DNA of 64,000 bases, from positions 918-64,917 of the forward strand of contig CAKPNG010000003.1 of assembly GCA_934168325.1 (NCBI GenBank), read 5' to 3'. Under the pieces are notes generated by a model. It was not told where the DNA came from, did not search any database, and worked only from the letters and a program-made list of their open reading frames with translations. The stretch's first letter is position 1. The number at the start of each line of letters is the position of its first letter. A program made the position numbers and the translations under genes. The stretch comes from an uncultured Bacilli bacterium (GTDB lineage Bacteria; Bacillota_I; Bacilli_A; RFN20; CAG-826). Below, one piece after another: positions 18,890 to 28,339 of the stretch.

Positions 18890-20767
18890 ATGTTTAAAAA
18901 TAAGAATGGATTAACAAGAAAAGAAATCAAACAAAAAGAAAGAGAAGAATATGAAAAGCGTGTTATGAACTATAACAATGTTGTAGCAATCGAACTAGCT
19001 AATCGTAATAAACCAAAATCTTCACCAAAAGATAGTTTTGTTTCTATTCAAAAGGTTAATAAAATTTATGATAATTTAGTCCAAGCTGTTTTTGATTTTA
19101 GTTTAGATATTAAGAAAAATGAATTTATAGTTTTTGTTGGACCTAGTGGTTGTGGTAAATCTACTGTTTTAAGAATGATTGCTGGTCTAGAAGAAATTAC
19201 TTCAGGTAATTTATTTATTGATGGACAATATGCAAATTCATTACCTCCTAAGGATAGAAGCATAGCTATGGTTTTTCAAAGTTATGCTTTATATCCTCAC
19301 ATGTCAGTATATGATAATATGGCTTTTTCAATGAGAATTAAAGAAACTTTAGTTCCTGTTTTAGATGAAAATGGTAATCAAGTTTATGGACCTGATAAAG
19401 TTAAAATTGAAGAAATTAATAAGGAATTAGAAGGGTTTTATAAGAAAAAAGAGGAGTTTTCTAATATCGATAAATTAGAAGATGAGTTAAATATTCTTAA
19501 AGATGAAATTAAAAAAATCAAAGATGAAAATCCTAATTTAATTAAAAATAAAGAACTTAAACTTAAAGAAAAAGAAGAACATAAATTAGCATCTAAATTA
19601 TATGAAGCTAAATTAGAATTAAAAGATATAAATAAAAAAATAACTTTATTAGAAGAAAATTTGAAAGAAACTGAAAAGACTAATGTCCTTCAATTTATTT
19701 CTAAAAAACTTAATAAAGAAGAAATTGATGAAAGAGTAGATGAAGCTAGTAAAATTTTACAAATTGAAGAATATTTAGATAGAAAACCAAAAGCTCTTAG
19801 TGGTGGACAAAGACAACGTGTCGCTTTAGGAAGGGCTATTTGTAAAAGAGCTAAGTTATTTTTAATGGATGAACCATTAAGCAATCTTGATGCTAAACTT
19901 AGAGTTTCAATGAGAAGTGAAATTATTAGAATTCATAAAAAAATTGGCGCGACAACAATTTATGTTACTCATGATCAAACTGAAGCTATGACCATGGCAG
20001 ATAGAATTGTAATTATGAAAAAAGGTGTTATTCAACAAATTGGAAAACCTAAAGATATTTATAATCATCCTGCAAATATTTTCGTTGCAACATTTATTGG
20101 TAGTCCTTCAATGAATATCGTTAACACGAAAATTATTGATAATAAAATTAAATTTGATGATGAGAACGTCTTAAATTTAGAACCTTCTTTAGTTGACCAA
20201 TTAGTCCTTAAAATTAAAGAAAAGCTTGCAAAAATCAACTATTTTATTGAAAACGGCAAAGAACAAGAATATGAAAAAAGCTTAAATGTTAAGCACGAAG
20301 AATTTAAACTTAACGCTAATAAGAAAGGTTATAAATTTGAATTTGATGAAAATGATCAATTAATAGACCCATTAACTAGTATAAGTCTTGATGATTACGA
20401 AAAATCAATATGCGATAGAATTTATGAAGATAAATTAACTGAAGCTATTAAAGCTAAAGAACACTATGAAAAATTATTAGAAACTAAAGAATACGAAATA
20501 AAATTTGGTATTAGACCAGAAAATGTTTTTATTGAAAATAATTATGTTGAAGAAAACATTAAAGCTTCTAATAAATTAATATTAAAAATAACTATTCCTG
20601 AATTATTAGGAAATGAATATTATTTGCATAGCTCCTTACAAAATCATGATTTTATATTTAAAGCAAGTGCAAATAACGAATTAAAAGAAAATGATACTAT
20701 AAAAGTTGTATTTGATTTAAATAAAGTTCATATATTCGACACAGTTGACGATGAAATTTTGCTATAA
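18890..20767 (+). CDS. MsmX/MalK/UgpC-type ABC ATPase with N-terminal extension and two large internal insertions
   Basis: The track starts at TTG 18884. The ATG at 18890 follows GCGAGGA. It has Walker [11 protein letters not shown]-loop MVFQSYALYPH, signature [14 protein letters not shown], Walker [13 protein letters not shown] and H-loop VTHDQ. About 120 codons of Lys/Glu-rich coiled-coil-like sequence (about 19347-19711) separate the Q-loop region from the signature motif. Confidence 0.85.
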   Translation: MFKNKNGLTRKEIKQKEREEYEKRVMNYNNVVAIELANRNKPKSSPKDSFVSIQKVNKIYDNLVQAVFDFSLDIKKNEFIVFVGPSGCGKSTVLRMIAGLEEITSGNLFIDGQYANSLPPKDRSIAMVFQSYALYPHMSVYDNMAFSMRIKETLVPVLDENGNQVYGPDKVKIEEINKELEGFYKKKEEFSNIDKLEDELNILKDEIKKIKDENPNLIKNKELKLKEKEEHKLASKLYEAKLELKDINKKITLLEENLKETEKTNVLQFISKKLNKEEIDERVDEASKILQIEEYLDRKPKALSGGQRQRVALGRAICKRAKLFLMDEPLSNLDAKLRVSMRSEIIRIHKKIGATTIYVTHDQTEAMTMADRIVIMKKGVIQQIGKPKDIYNHPANIFVATFIGSPSMNIVNTKIIDNKIKFDDENVLNLEPSLVDQLVLKIKEKLAKINYFIENGKEQEYEKSLNVKHEEFKLNANKKGYKFEFDENDQLIDPLTSISLDDYEKSICDRIYEDKLTEAIKAKEHYEKLLETKEYEIKFGIRPENVFIENNYVEENIKASNKLILKITIPELLGNEYYLHSSLQNHDFIFKASANNELKENDTIKVVFDLNKVHIFDTVDDEILL

Positions 20768-20774
20768 TTAATTT

Positions 20775-22964
20775 ATGAATATTAAATTTGATAATATTAA
20801 TAAAATTTTTATATTAGAAAATAAAAATATAATCTATTCTTTTTATGTTAATGAAGTAGGTGTTTTAGTTAAATTATATTTTGGTGAAAAAATTCATGAT
20901 TTAACTAAAAACGCTATCAATTATATGAGTGATGTATCAGGGGATGTTTATTCTTATTATGATTTAAATAGCAAGAAAGAACATGAATTTTTTAATCCTT
21001 ATTTTTCAGGACAAGGCTCATTAATAGAGATACCATCATATTTAACTTATGATAAAAGAAAACCTTTAATCGTAATTAACCATAGTGATAATAGTTTAAT
21101 TACTGATTTTAGATATATTAGTCATGAAATTTTTAAAGGAAAAACTAAATTTGACAATATGCCTTATATTAAAGGCAAGGAAAATGAATGCATTACCTTA
21201 AAAATTACATTAAAAGATTTAAAAGATGAAATATATTTAGATGCTTATTATACAATTTATGAAGATTTAGATTTAATAGTTAGACATAATGAAATTATTA
21301 ATAAATCTAATAATCCTATTTATATTAATAAAGCTAGTTCATTAGCGTTAGATTTAAATAATGATGATTATAAATTAATGAGTATTCAAGGAACTTATGC
21401 TACTGATAGAGAAATAGAAATTCAAGATATTAAACATAACACTATATTAATAGAAGAAGTTTCAGGAGCTAAAGGCTTCTATCACAATCCAGTTTTTATG
21501 TTAAAACATAAAGATTCTAACGATGATTTTGGTGAAGTTATTGGCGGAGGTCTTGTTTATTCTGGTAATTTTAAATTCGAATTTAATGGAACTAATATGG
21601 ATCAAACAAGATGTATATTAGGCATAAATGATGATTATTTTGAAGCAAAATTAGATAAATTTGAGACTTTTATTACACCTGAAGCATTTTTAATTTATTC
21701 TTCTAAAGGAGTAAATTATGTTACTCATACTTTCCATGACTTTATTAGAAAACATGTTTTAAGATATGTTGATGGATTTGAAAATACTATCTTACTTAAT
21801 TCATGGGAAGCTTGTTTTATGGACTTTGATACTGATAAAATTAAAAATTTTATTACACAAGCTAAGAAAATGAATATTAATTTAGTAGTTTTAGATGATG
21901 GATGGTTTAGTAATAGAAATAATGATAGATCTTCTTTAGGTGATTGGTGGGTTAATAATAATAAAATTAATTTAAAAGAAGTAATTGATTATGCTCATTC
22001 TTTAAATATTAAATTTGGTTTATGGATTGAACCTGAACAAATTAGTTTTGATAGTGAATTATATAGAAAGCATCCTGAATTTGCTTTATTTGATAATTCG
22101 ATAAATCCTACTACATTAAGACATCAATTTGTTTTAGATTTAACTAATAAAGAAGCTAGAGATTATGTTTTTGATTCAATTTGTAAGATATTTGATACTT
22201 ACGATATTGATTATTGTAAATGGGATTTTAACCGCTTATTAACTGAAACTTATTCTATGACTTTATCTAAGGATAAAGAAAGAGAGATATTTCATTTATT
22301 CACTTTAGGAACTTATGATTTATTAAATAGATTTAATAAACGTTATCCTAATATTTTACTTGAAACATGTGCTGGAGGCGGAGGTCGATTTGATATAGGA
22401 ATGTTATTTTATTCACATCAAATATGGGCAAGTGATGAAACAGATGCAATTTCTAGATCACAAATTCAATATTCAACTAATTTATTTTATCCTTTAGAAT
22501 GCATTGGATCTCATGTAAGTGCTAGAAAATATTTATCTATTAAAGAAAAAGCTGCGGTTGCAATGTTTGGTACTTTTGGTTATGAATTAGATCCTACTAA
22601 GTTAAATGATGAAGATTTAAAAGAAGTTCATATTGCTAATGAAAGATTTTTAAATAATAAACATACTATTGATAAAGGAGATTATTATCCTTTAATTAAT
22701 CCTTATGAATCTAATTTTGTATGTTGGGAATTAGTAGAAAAAGATGCTAGTAGAGCTATAATTTATTTTATGAATTATCGACATATAAATTGGAAATCTA
22801 GATTTATTAAATTAAAAGGATTAAATAAAAATTATAAATATAAAAATAGTTTTAATAACGAAATTTATTATGGTGATTTTTATATGAATATTGGATTAAA
22901 TCTATCAATGGGAATGACTAATTTTACTCCACAACTTATAGAAATTATTAGAATTGATGAATAA
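20775..22964 (+). CDS. GH36 alpha-galactosidase / alpha-N-acetylgalactosaminidase family enzyme, cytoplasmic
   Basis: It has the GH36 motifs CKWDFNR, LLETCAGGGGRFD and IWASDETDAISR. It is 729 aa with no signal peptide. Confidence 0.85.
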   Translation: MNIKFDNINKIFILENKNIIYSFYVNEVGVLVKLYFGEKIHDLTKNAINYMSDVSGDVYSYYDLNSKKEHEFFNPYFSGQGSLIEIPSYLTYDKRKPLIVINHSDNSLITDFRYISHEIFKGKTKFDNMPYIKGKENECITLKITLKDLKDEIYLDAYYTIYEDLDLIVRHNEIINKSNNPIYINKASSLALDLNNDDYKLMSIQGTYATDREIEIQDIKHNTILIEEVSGAKGFYHNPVFMLKHKDSNDDFGEVIGGGLVYSGNFKFEFNGTNMDQTRCILGINDDYFEAKLDKFETFITPEAFLIYSSKGVNYVTHTFHDFIRKHVLRYVDGFENTILLNSWEACFMDFDTDKIKNFITQAKKMNINLVVLDDGWFSNRNNDRSSLGDWWVNNNKINLKEVIDYAHSLNIKFGLWIEPEQISFDSELYRKHPEFALFDNSINPTTLRHQFVLDLTNKEARDYVFDSICKIFDTYDIDYCKWDFNRLLTETYSMTLSKDKEREIFHLFTLGTYDLLNRFNKRYPNILLETCAGGGGRFDIGMLFYSHQIWASDETDAISRSQIQYSTNLFYPLECIGSHVSARKYLSIKEKAAVAMFGTFGYELDPTKLNDEDLKEVHIANERFLNNKHTIDKGDYYPLINPYESNFVCWELVEKDASRAIIYFMNYRHINWKSRFIKLKGLNKNYKYKNSFNNEIYYGDFYMNIGLNLSMGMTNFTPQLIEIIRIDE

Positions 22965-24153
22965 CGAATTAAATAAAAAAGACAAATATATATTAGCTAG
23001 CAATAAGTCAATCATACTAGCTAATTTAATTGATTCTCTTATTACTTTATTATTAATAGTAATTTCTTTTTTTGGTATTATTAGACCAATTTATTACAAT
23101 GCTTATCAATATAAAAAAGATGAAGAGATTAGTTTAAATAAAGAAAAAATACTTGAGATTGGAATGGATTCTCATTTAATTTACTATAATAATAAAACCA
23201 ATGCTATTAGTAATGTTGATGGACTTTATAAAATTTTTGTTTATCAAAATATAAAATTTTGCTATGAAAATTATAGTGAAATTTATAAAGAAGATTTAGA
23301 TAATGTTGGTTATTTAACTAAAAAAGATTTCTTTAAAGATGTCAAAAAAAACGATTATTTAAATAATGATTTAGCTTATTTTATGACAACTTATATTATT
23401 GATAAAGTTGATAAAAATAATAATAAAATATTAGAAGTAATAGATAATGATTATAAAAAATATTTTATAGATACTTTTATGGATATTAATAATACTGGTA
23501 GTAAATTTTTTACTTTTGATGGTGATTATAATACTTTACCTAGATTGAATATCGATACTTGTAGATATTTATTTCAATATAATGTAATGAAATCTAATTA
23601 TTCAACTTTAAGAAATGTCGATAATGAATTTTCTAATTATTTTACTAAATTATATAAAACTGCAGGTGATTATTTACTTAAATATAAAGATTATAATGAT
23701 AGTTTTTATAGATATGAAAAATTATATAATACTAAAAGTAATAATTTATTAGGCCTTATATTTTTATCTTATATAACTTCTATATCAATTTCAGAATTAT
23801 TAATACCTTTAGTTAACAAAAAAAGTAGAACTATTGGAGAATATATATTTAAATTATCTAGACTTAATCAAGATAAATCGTTTAATAAAATAACTATATT
23901 TAAAAATTATTTACTAGCTTTTATTAAACTTTTTTATTTATTATTCTTTATTATATTTATTGAAGGAAGTTTAAATTTATTAACATTTAAATTTTTAATT
24001 CTTGGTAATTTAACAATTTCATTTTTACATATAATATCTTTATTTATTATATTAAGTTCTATATCTTTAATATTAAAATTAACTTCTAAAACTCAAAGAA
24101 GTCTTGGAGAAAGAATATTTAAATTTAAATATTATCAAGAAACTATTTCTTAG
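22957..24153 (+). CDS. Polytopic membrane protein with RDD-like segments, function unknown
   Basis: The ATG at 22957 overlaps the GH36 stop (the track uses TTG 22954). The N-terminal LANLIDSLITLLLIVISFFGII helix and the SRTIGEYIFKLSRL / RSLGERIFKFKY segments resemble RDD-family features. The assignment is weak. Confidence 0.4.
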   Translation: MNNELNKKDKYILASNKSIILANLIDSLITLLLIVISFFGIIRPIYYNAYQYKKDEEISLNKEKILEIGMDSHLIYYNNKTNAISNVDGLYKIFVYQNIKFCYENYSEIYKEDLDNVGYLTKKDFFKDVKKNDYLNNDLAYFMTTYIIDKVDKNNNKILEVIDNDYKKYFIDTFMDINNTGSKFFTFDGDYNTLPRLNIDTCRYLFQYNVMKSNYSTLRNVDNEFSNYFTKLYKTAGDYLLKYKDYNDSFYRYEKLYNTKSNNLLGLIFLSYITSISISELLIPLVNKKSRTIGEYIFKLSRLNQDKSFNKITIFKNYLLAFIKLFYLLFFIIFIEGSLNLLTFKFLILGNLTISFLHIISLFIILSSISLILKLTSKTQRSLGERIFKFKYYQETIS

Positions 24154-24967
24154 TTTCTAAATATAATTTACGATATTGCATTGGCGTGATGCCAGCGTGT
24201 ATTTTAAATTTTCTAATAAAATTATTTACACTATTAAAACCACATTCTAAAGCAATTTCTTTTATTGATTTATTAGTAATCTTTAATAATCTTTTTGAAG
24301 CATTTATTTTTATATTAGATAAATAATCTTTATAAGTAAATCCAGTTTTCTTTTTAAAATAATCACAGAAATAATTTCTTTGATAACCACAATAATCACT
24401 TAATTCTTGTAAAGTTGGATTAGAAGAATAATTTTCGTGAATATATTTTAAAACACTAACAATAGGACTTTGAGAACTTTCTATAGCTTCAGGAGTTTGT
24501 CTAGATCCAATAATTATAAGAAGTAAAGCATTTAATAAATGACTTAATATATCTTCTTTATTAGAACGATGACTATTAAATATTTCTTGTATTAATTTAA
24601 TTGTAGTTTTAATTTGATTAAGCTTATTTTCACTTAATTCAATTACAATACCACTTTCATAATTTAAGAAGTTTGAAATAATTTCTTCATCAATTACCGA
24701 ATTAGTAAAAGCAATGTTATACATTGTAATTGGTTTAGTAGCAAAAATTTGATGGTAATCAGTTGGATGAAATAAAAAAATTGTAGAATAATCAATTTCA
24801 TGTCTAACACCATTAATTATTTCATAGCCTTCGCCTTCAATAGGCAATTCTATTTCATAAAATTCATGGAAATGGAGTGGATATTCCTTTTCTATTTTTG
24901 ACATAACAAAATAAATTTCACTTCCATGTAAGAAATTCGTATTTAAAAATTTAGCTTCATTAACCAT
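24143..24967 (-). CDS. AraC/XylS-family transcriptional regulator (cupin sensor domain plus HTH)
   Basis: The C-terminal dual HTH reads LQELSDYCGYQRNYFCDYFKKKTGFTYKDYL...IKEIALECGFNSVNNFIRKFKIHAGITPMQYRK. The N-terminal cupin-like region reads HFHEFYEIELPIEG. It is transcribed divergently from 25236. Confidence 0.85.
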   Translation of the reverse strand: MVNEAKFLNTNFLHGSEIYFVMSKIEKEYPLHFHEFYEIELPIEGEGYEIINGVRHEIDYSTIFLFHPTDYHQIFATKPITMYNIAFTNSVIDEEIISNFLNYESGIVIELSENKLNQIKTTIKLIQEIFNSHRSNKEDILSHLLNALLLIIIGSRQTPEAIESSQSPIVSVLKYIHENYSSNPTLQELSDYCGYQRNYFCDYFKKKTGFTYKDYLSNIKINASKRLLKITNKSIKEIALECGFNSVNNFIRKFKIHAGITPMQYRKLYLETKK

Positions 24968-25235
24968 ATTTTTATTCTAACATTTTAAAATATAAAATAA
25001 CCATATTTTTCTTAAAAAAAGAATATTTTCATTATTTTATGTATTTTTTTGATAATTTAATAAAAATTAATATTCTTTTTTATAAAAACTATTGTTTTTA
25101 GATAAAAATTAACATTTATTAAGAAAAATTATAATCGTAAATTAAAAATAGCATTTAAAAAATCTTAATATTTTATTATTTTATCGAACTTTAAATCAAT
25201 ATTATTATATTATAATAATATTAGGAGTTTAGGTT

Positions 25236-26390
25236 ATGACTTTAAATAATAAATTTAAAATTGCGATGGCAGTTATTGCTACATCATGTAGTGTTCTTTT
25301 TAGTTGTAATAAAGAAAATAATATTATGGGAAATATTGATAAAGAAATATCAAATTTAAATATTTTTAATGATAGTTCAATAAATTTATATGGTAGAAGT
25401 AAAGTTATTGATTATAACAATAAAAAACAAGTATTTTTTGGATTTACTGCTACTGGATTTGAATTAATATGCGAGCCAACTAGTGAGATAAATGAAATTA
25501 AAGCAACATTATTAAGTGAATCTGAAAGTCATGAACATCAATATATAAAAACTTATATAGACGGTAAAGAAAAAGAAGTTATTGAATTAAATAAAGGCGA
25601 ACAAGAAGTTACATTATTTAAAAATTTACAAGCAGGTAAGCATCAACTTAAGGTTTTAAAAATGAATGAACTTAGTACAACTAAATTATATATGTCTAGC
25701 TTAGCTGGTTCTAATTTAAAATATTATAAAAGAACTTATAATCCTAAACGAAATTTAATAGAATTTTATGGAGATTCTATTACTGCTGGCTATGGAAATT
25801 TAGGCGATCCTAGTAGTAAAACTTATTTAACAAAAGAACAAGATGGGACTTTATCTTATGCGCAACAATTAGCAGATAAATTAGATTGTGATTCATCAAT
25901 TATTGCATGGAGTGGAATTGCTTTAACTAAGACTTTAGCTCCTTATGGTGTTGATATGATGGATAAATATGACACTTATGATGGTGTTAATAAGTATGAT
26001 GGTGAAAATAATAAACCTAAAATAGCTATTATAAATTTAGGTAGCAATGATTATGGTGGCTATTTTGATGAAAATAAAAGCAGTGCTGAAAAGAAAAAAG
26101 GCATCGAAGAATTTATTAAAAATTATGGAATTATAGTTGATTATATTAAAGCTAGATCTCCTGAATGTAAAATTATTTCTTGTTATAACATGTGTTATGA
26201 TATCGGAACTAAATTAATAAGTGCTATTAAAACATCAAATAGTAATATTAATGAAAAATATGGAGCAAATACTGGATACGTTTTACAATTTGGTGGAAAT
26301 CAAAGCGGATCAAATGGTCATCCTTCATTAATTGCTCATAATACATATACAAAAATATTATATGATTTTATAGAAAAGAATATTAAATAA
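25236..26390 (+). CDS. Surface lipoprotein, SGNH esterase with N-terminal beta-sandwich (CE2-like architecture)
   Basis: It has an AGGAG RBS. The lipobox is MAVIATSCSVLFSCNK. The SGNH blocks are FYGDSITAGYGNLG (I), INLGSNDYG (III) and SNGHPS (V). A 354-aa paralogue lies at 30867-31931. Confidence 0.75.
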   Translation: MTLNNKFKIAMAVIATSCSVLFSCNKENNIMGNIDKEISNLNIFNDSSINLYGRSKVIDYNNKKQVFFGFTATGFELICEPTSEINEIKATLLSESESHEHQYIKTYIDGKEKEVIELNKGEQEVTLFKNLQAGKHQLKVLKMNELSTTKLYMSSLAGSNLKYYKRTYNPKRNLIEFYGDSITAGYGNLGDPSSKTYLTKEQDGTLSYAQQLADKLDCDSSIIAWSGIALTKTLAPYGVDMMDKYDTYDGVNKYDGENNKPKIAIINLGSNDYGGYFDENKSSAEKKKGIEEFIKNYGIIVDYIKARSPECKIISCYNMCYDIGTKLISAIKTSNSNINEKYGANTGYVLQFGGNQSGSNGHPSLIAHNTYTKILYDFIEKNIK

Positions 26391-26401
26391 AGGGGTTTAT
26401 T

Positions 26402-28339
26402 ATGAATTATAGAAGAATAATTTTTCCACTTGTACTTTCTACTTTATTAGTGGGGTTAGGTAGTAATCAAAAACCTAATAGTATTAATAATGATTTTGAT
26501 AATTCTATTAGTAATAGAAGTGCTATTAAAATTGATACTACTGTTGCTAAAACTTATGATAAGAAATCTAATTTAGTTAGTCCTACTTATTTTAATAGCG
26601 AAATAAGTAGTTTAGATCAATTAAAAGCTTTTAGCGAAAGTGAAATAAGACCATCTAATATTATAATTTATGTTAATAATAAACTTGAAATATGTGATAA
26701 GAATTTAAATAGTTTTAATATAAGTTTAAAAGATGGATTTAATACTTATATCAAAGAAAAAATGATTGCCGATATTTATCTTAGTGATGAAGAAATTACA
26801 GATAAATTTATTGAATATATTGATAATACTTTTTGCTCTTTAGATTTTGCTGTTATTAGTAATAATCCTGCTTTAGTTAAAAAAGTTAGATGTAGTAATG
26901 GTAATGGAGCTAAGATTAGAGGTATTATTGATTATAGTAATAAGACTGAATTAAACTTAGGTAAAATTGTTAATGAATCAACTGATGCTAGAGCCAATAT
27001 CGTGATTATTAATGAGGATTTAGCCACTTATGATAATATTAAGTACCTTTATGGAAGAATGAAAGTTGTATGGACTTTTGTCAATGAATACTCTGATTTA
27101 AAGGTAGTTGATTTATTAAGCAAAGGCATTTACGGAATCATAACTAATGAAATAAATAAAGCTAATGATTGCTATGCATATTTTGAAAAAACTCAACAAC
27201 CACAAAAGAATACTAATAGAACAAGTATAAATATTGCTCATCGTGGATTATGTATGACAACTTATGAAAATTCTTATGAAGGGTGTAAGAAAGCTATTAA
27301 AAATGGTGCATCACATATAGAAATAGATGCTCATCTAACTAAAGATAAAAAGATTGTTGTAATGCATGATGAAACTATTGATCGAACATGTAATGGCACT
27401 GGAAAAATTAAAGAAATGACCAGTGAAGAAATATCACAATATAAGATTATTAAAAACTATAGTGGTATTACAGTTGGAAAAGGAGTTCATATTCCTTTCT
27501 TAGATGAAATATTAAAATTATGTAAAGAAACAGGAACTGTCTTAGTTTTAGAAATTAAATGTGATGATGCTGATTTTGTAGATTATTTAAAACCATATCT
27601 TGATGAATCAGACATGTATGATCAAGTTGTATGCATTTCATTTTATAACGCTCAATTAACTAGAATGATAGATAAGATAAGTACAATTCCTTGTTCAACT
27701 TTAAATAATTTTAATGAATTAATGTTTAATAAAGTTACTAGTGATGGTATAGCTGTATTAAATAGTAATAATTTCGGTATAGATTTAAATAGAAGTTTAT
27801 ATAATAAAACTTATGATAAAAGATTAGCTGAAAGAGGATTTGCAGGATATTATTGGACTTATGATAATGCAACAAGCATGTATCAAGGAATGAATAATGG
27901 TGTTGTTGGATTGACTAATAACTATGCTGATGTTATTAAAGATTTTGCTATTAGACCAATATTACTTGAAGAATATGAATTAGATAAAGGCGTAAGTTAT
28001 AGTGATTTTACTATTGAAAGTAAATATTTAACTTATGGTGGAGATAGTGGTGAAAAAACAATTGAAATGAAACCATTCTTTATCGAAGAACATGATAATT
28101 ATGCTTATGTTGTTATGAGTGGATTATATTTAGGACCTAAAGGTACTCCTCAATATAAGTCTGTTATATTTAGTGATGTTATTAAATTAGTTAATAATAA
28201 TAAAACTGAAACTAAAAAAGGATGTGGAGGAAGTATAGTTTCTACATCAATAATTGCTTCAATAATTGCTTTAATGGGAATTACTTTTACTTATCTTATT
28301 ACACGTAAAAGAAAAGAAGAAAATAGTAATGACTTTTGA
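26402..28339 (+). CDS. Membrane-anchored glycerophosphodiester phosphodiesterase (GDPD) family ecto-enzyme
   Basis: It has an N-terminal signal sequence (IIFPLVLSTLLVGLG). The GDPD catalytic motifs are NIAHRGL...ENSYEGCKKAIKNGASHIEIDAHLTKDKKIVVMHDETIDRTCNGTG. The C-terminal anchor reads KKGCGGSIVSTSIIASIIALMGITFTYLITRKRKEE. Confidence 0.75.
   Translation: MNYRRIIFPLVLSTLLVGLGSNQKPNSINNDFDNSISNRSAIKIDTTVAKTYDKKSNLVSPTYFNSEISSLDQLKAFSESEIRPSNIIIYVNNKLEICDKNLNSFNISLKDGFNTYIKEKMIADIYLSDEEITDKFIEYIDNTFCSLDFAVISNNPALVKKVRCSNGNGAKIRGIIDYSNKTELNLGKIVNESTDARANIVIINEDLATYDNIKYLYGRMKVVWTFVNEYSDLKVVDLLSKGIYGIITNEINKANDCYAYFEKTQQPQKNTNRTSINIAHRGLCMTTYENSYEGCKKAIKNGASHIEIDAHLTKDKKIVVMHDETIDRTCNGTGKIKEMTSEEISQYKIIKNYSGITVGKGVHIPFLDEILKLCKETGTVLVLEIKCDDADFVDYLKPYLDESDMYDQVVCISFYNAQLTRMIDKISTIPCSTLNNFNELMFNKVTSDGIAVLNSNNFGIDLNRSLYNKTYDKRLAERGFAGYYWTYDNATSMYQGMNNGVVGLTNNYADVIKDFAIRPILLEEYELDKGVSYSDFTIESKYLTYGGDSGEKTIEMKPFFIEEHDNYAYVVMSGLYLGPKGTPQYKSVIFSDVIKLVNNNKTETKKGCGGSIVSTSIIASIIALMGITFTYLITRKRKEENSNDF

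Noticed and set aside
19066-19884. Two short - strand ORFs (19066-19263 and 19690-19884) inside the ATPase gene
   Set aside because: They are antisense to conserved Walker A and signature regions of a clearly real gene. They have no RBS or motif.
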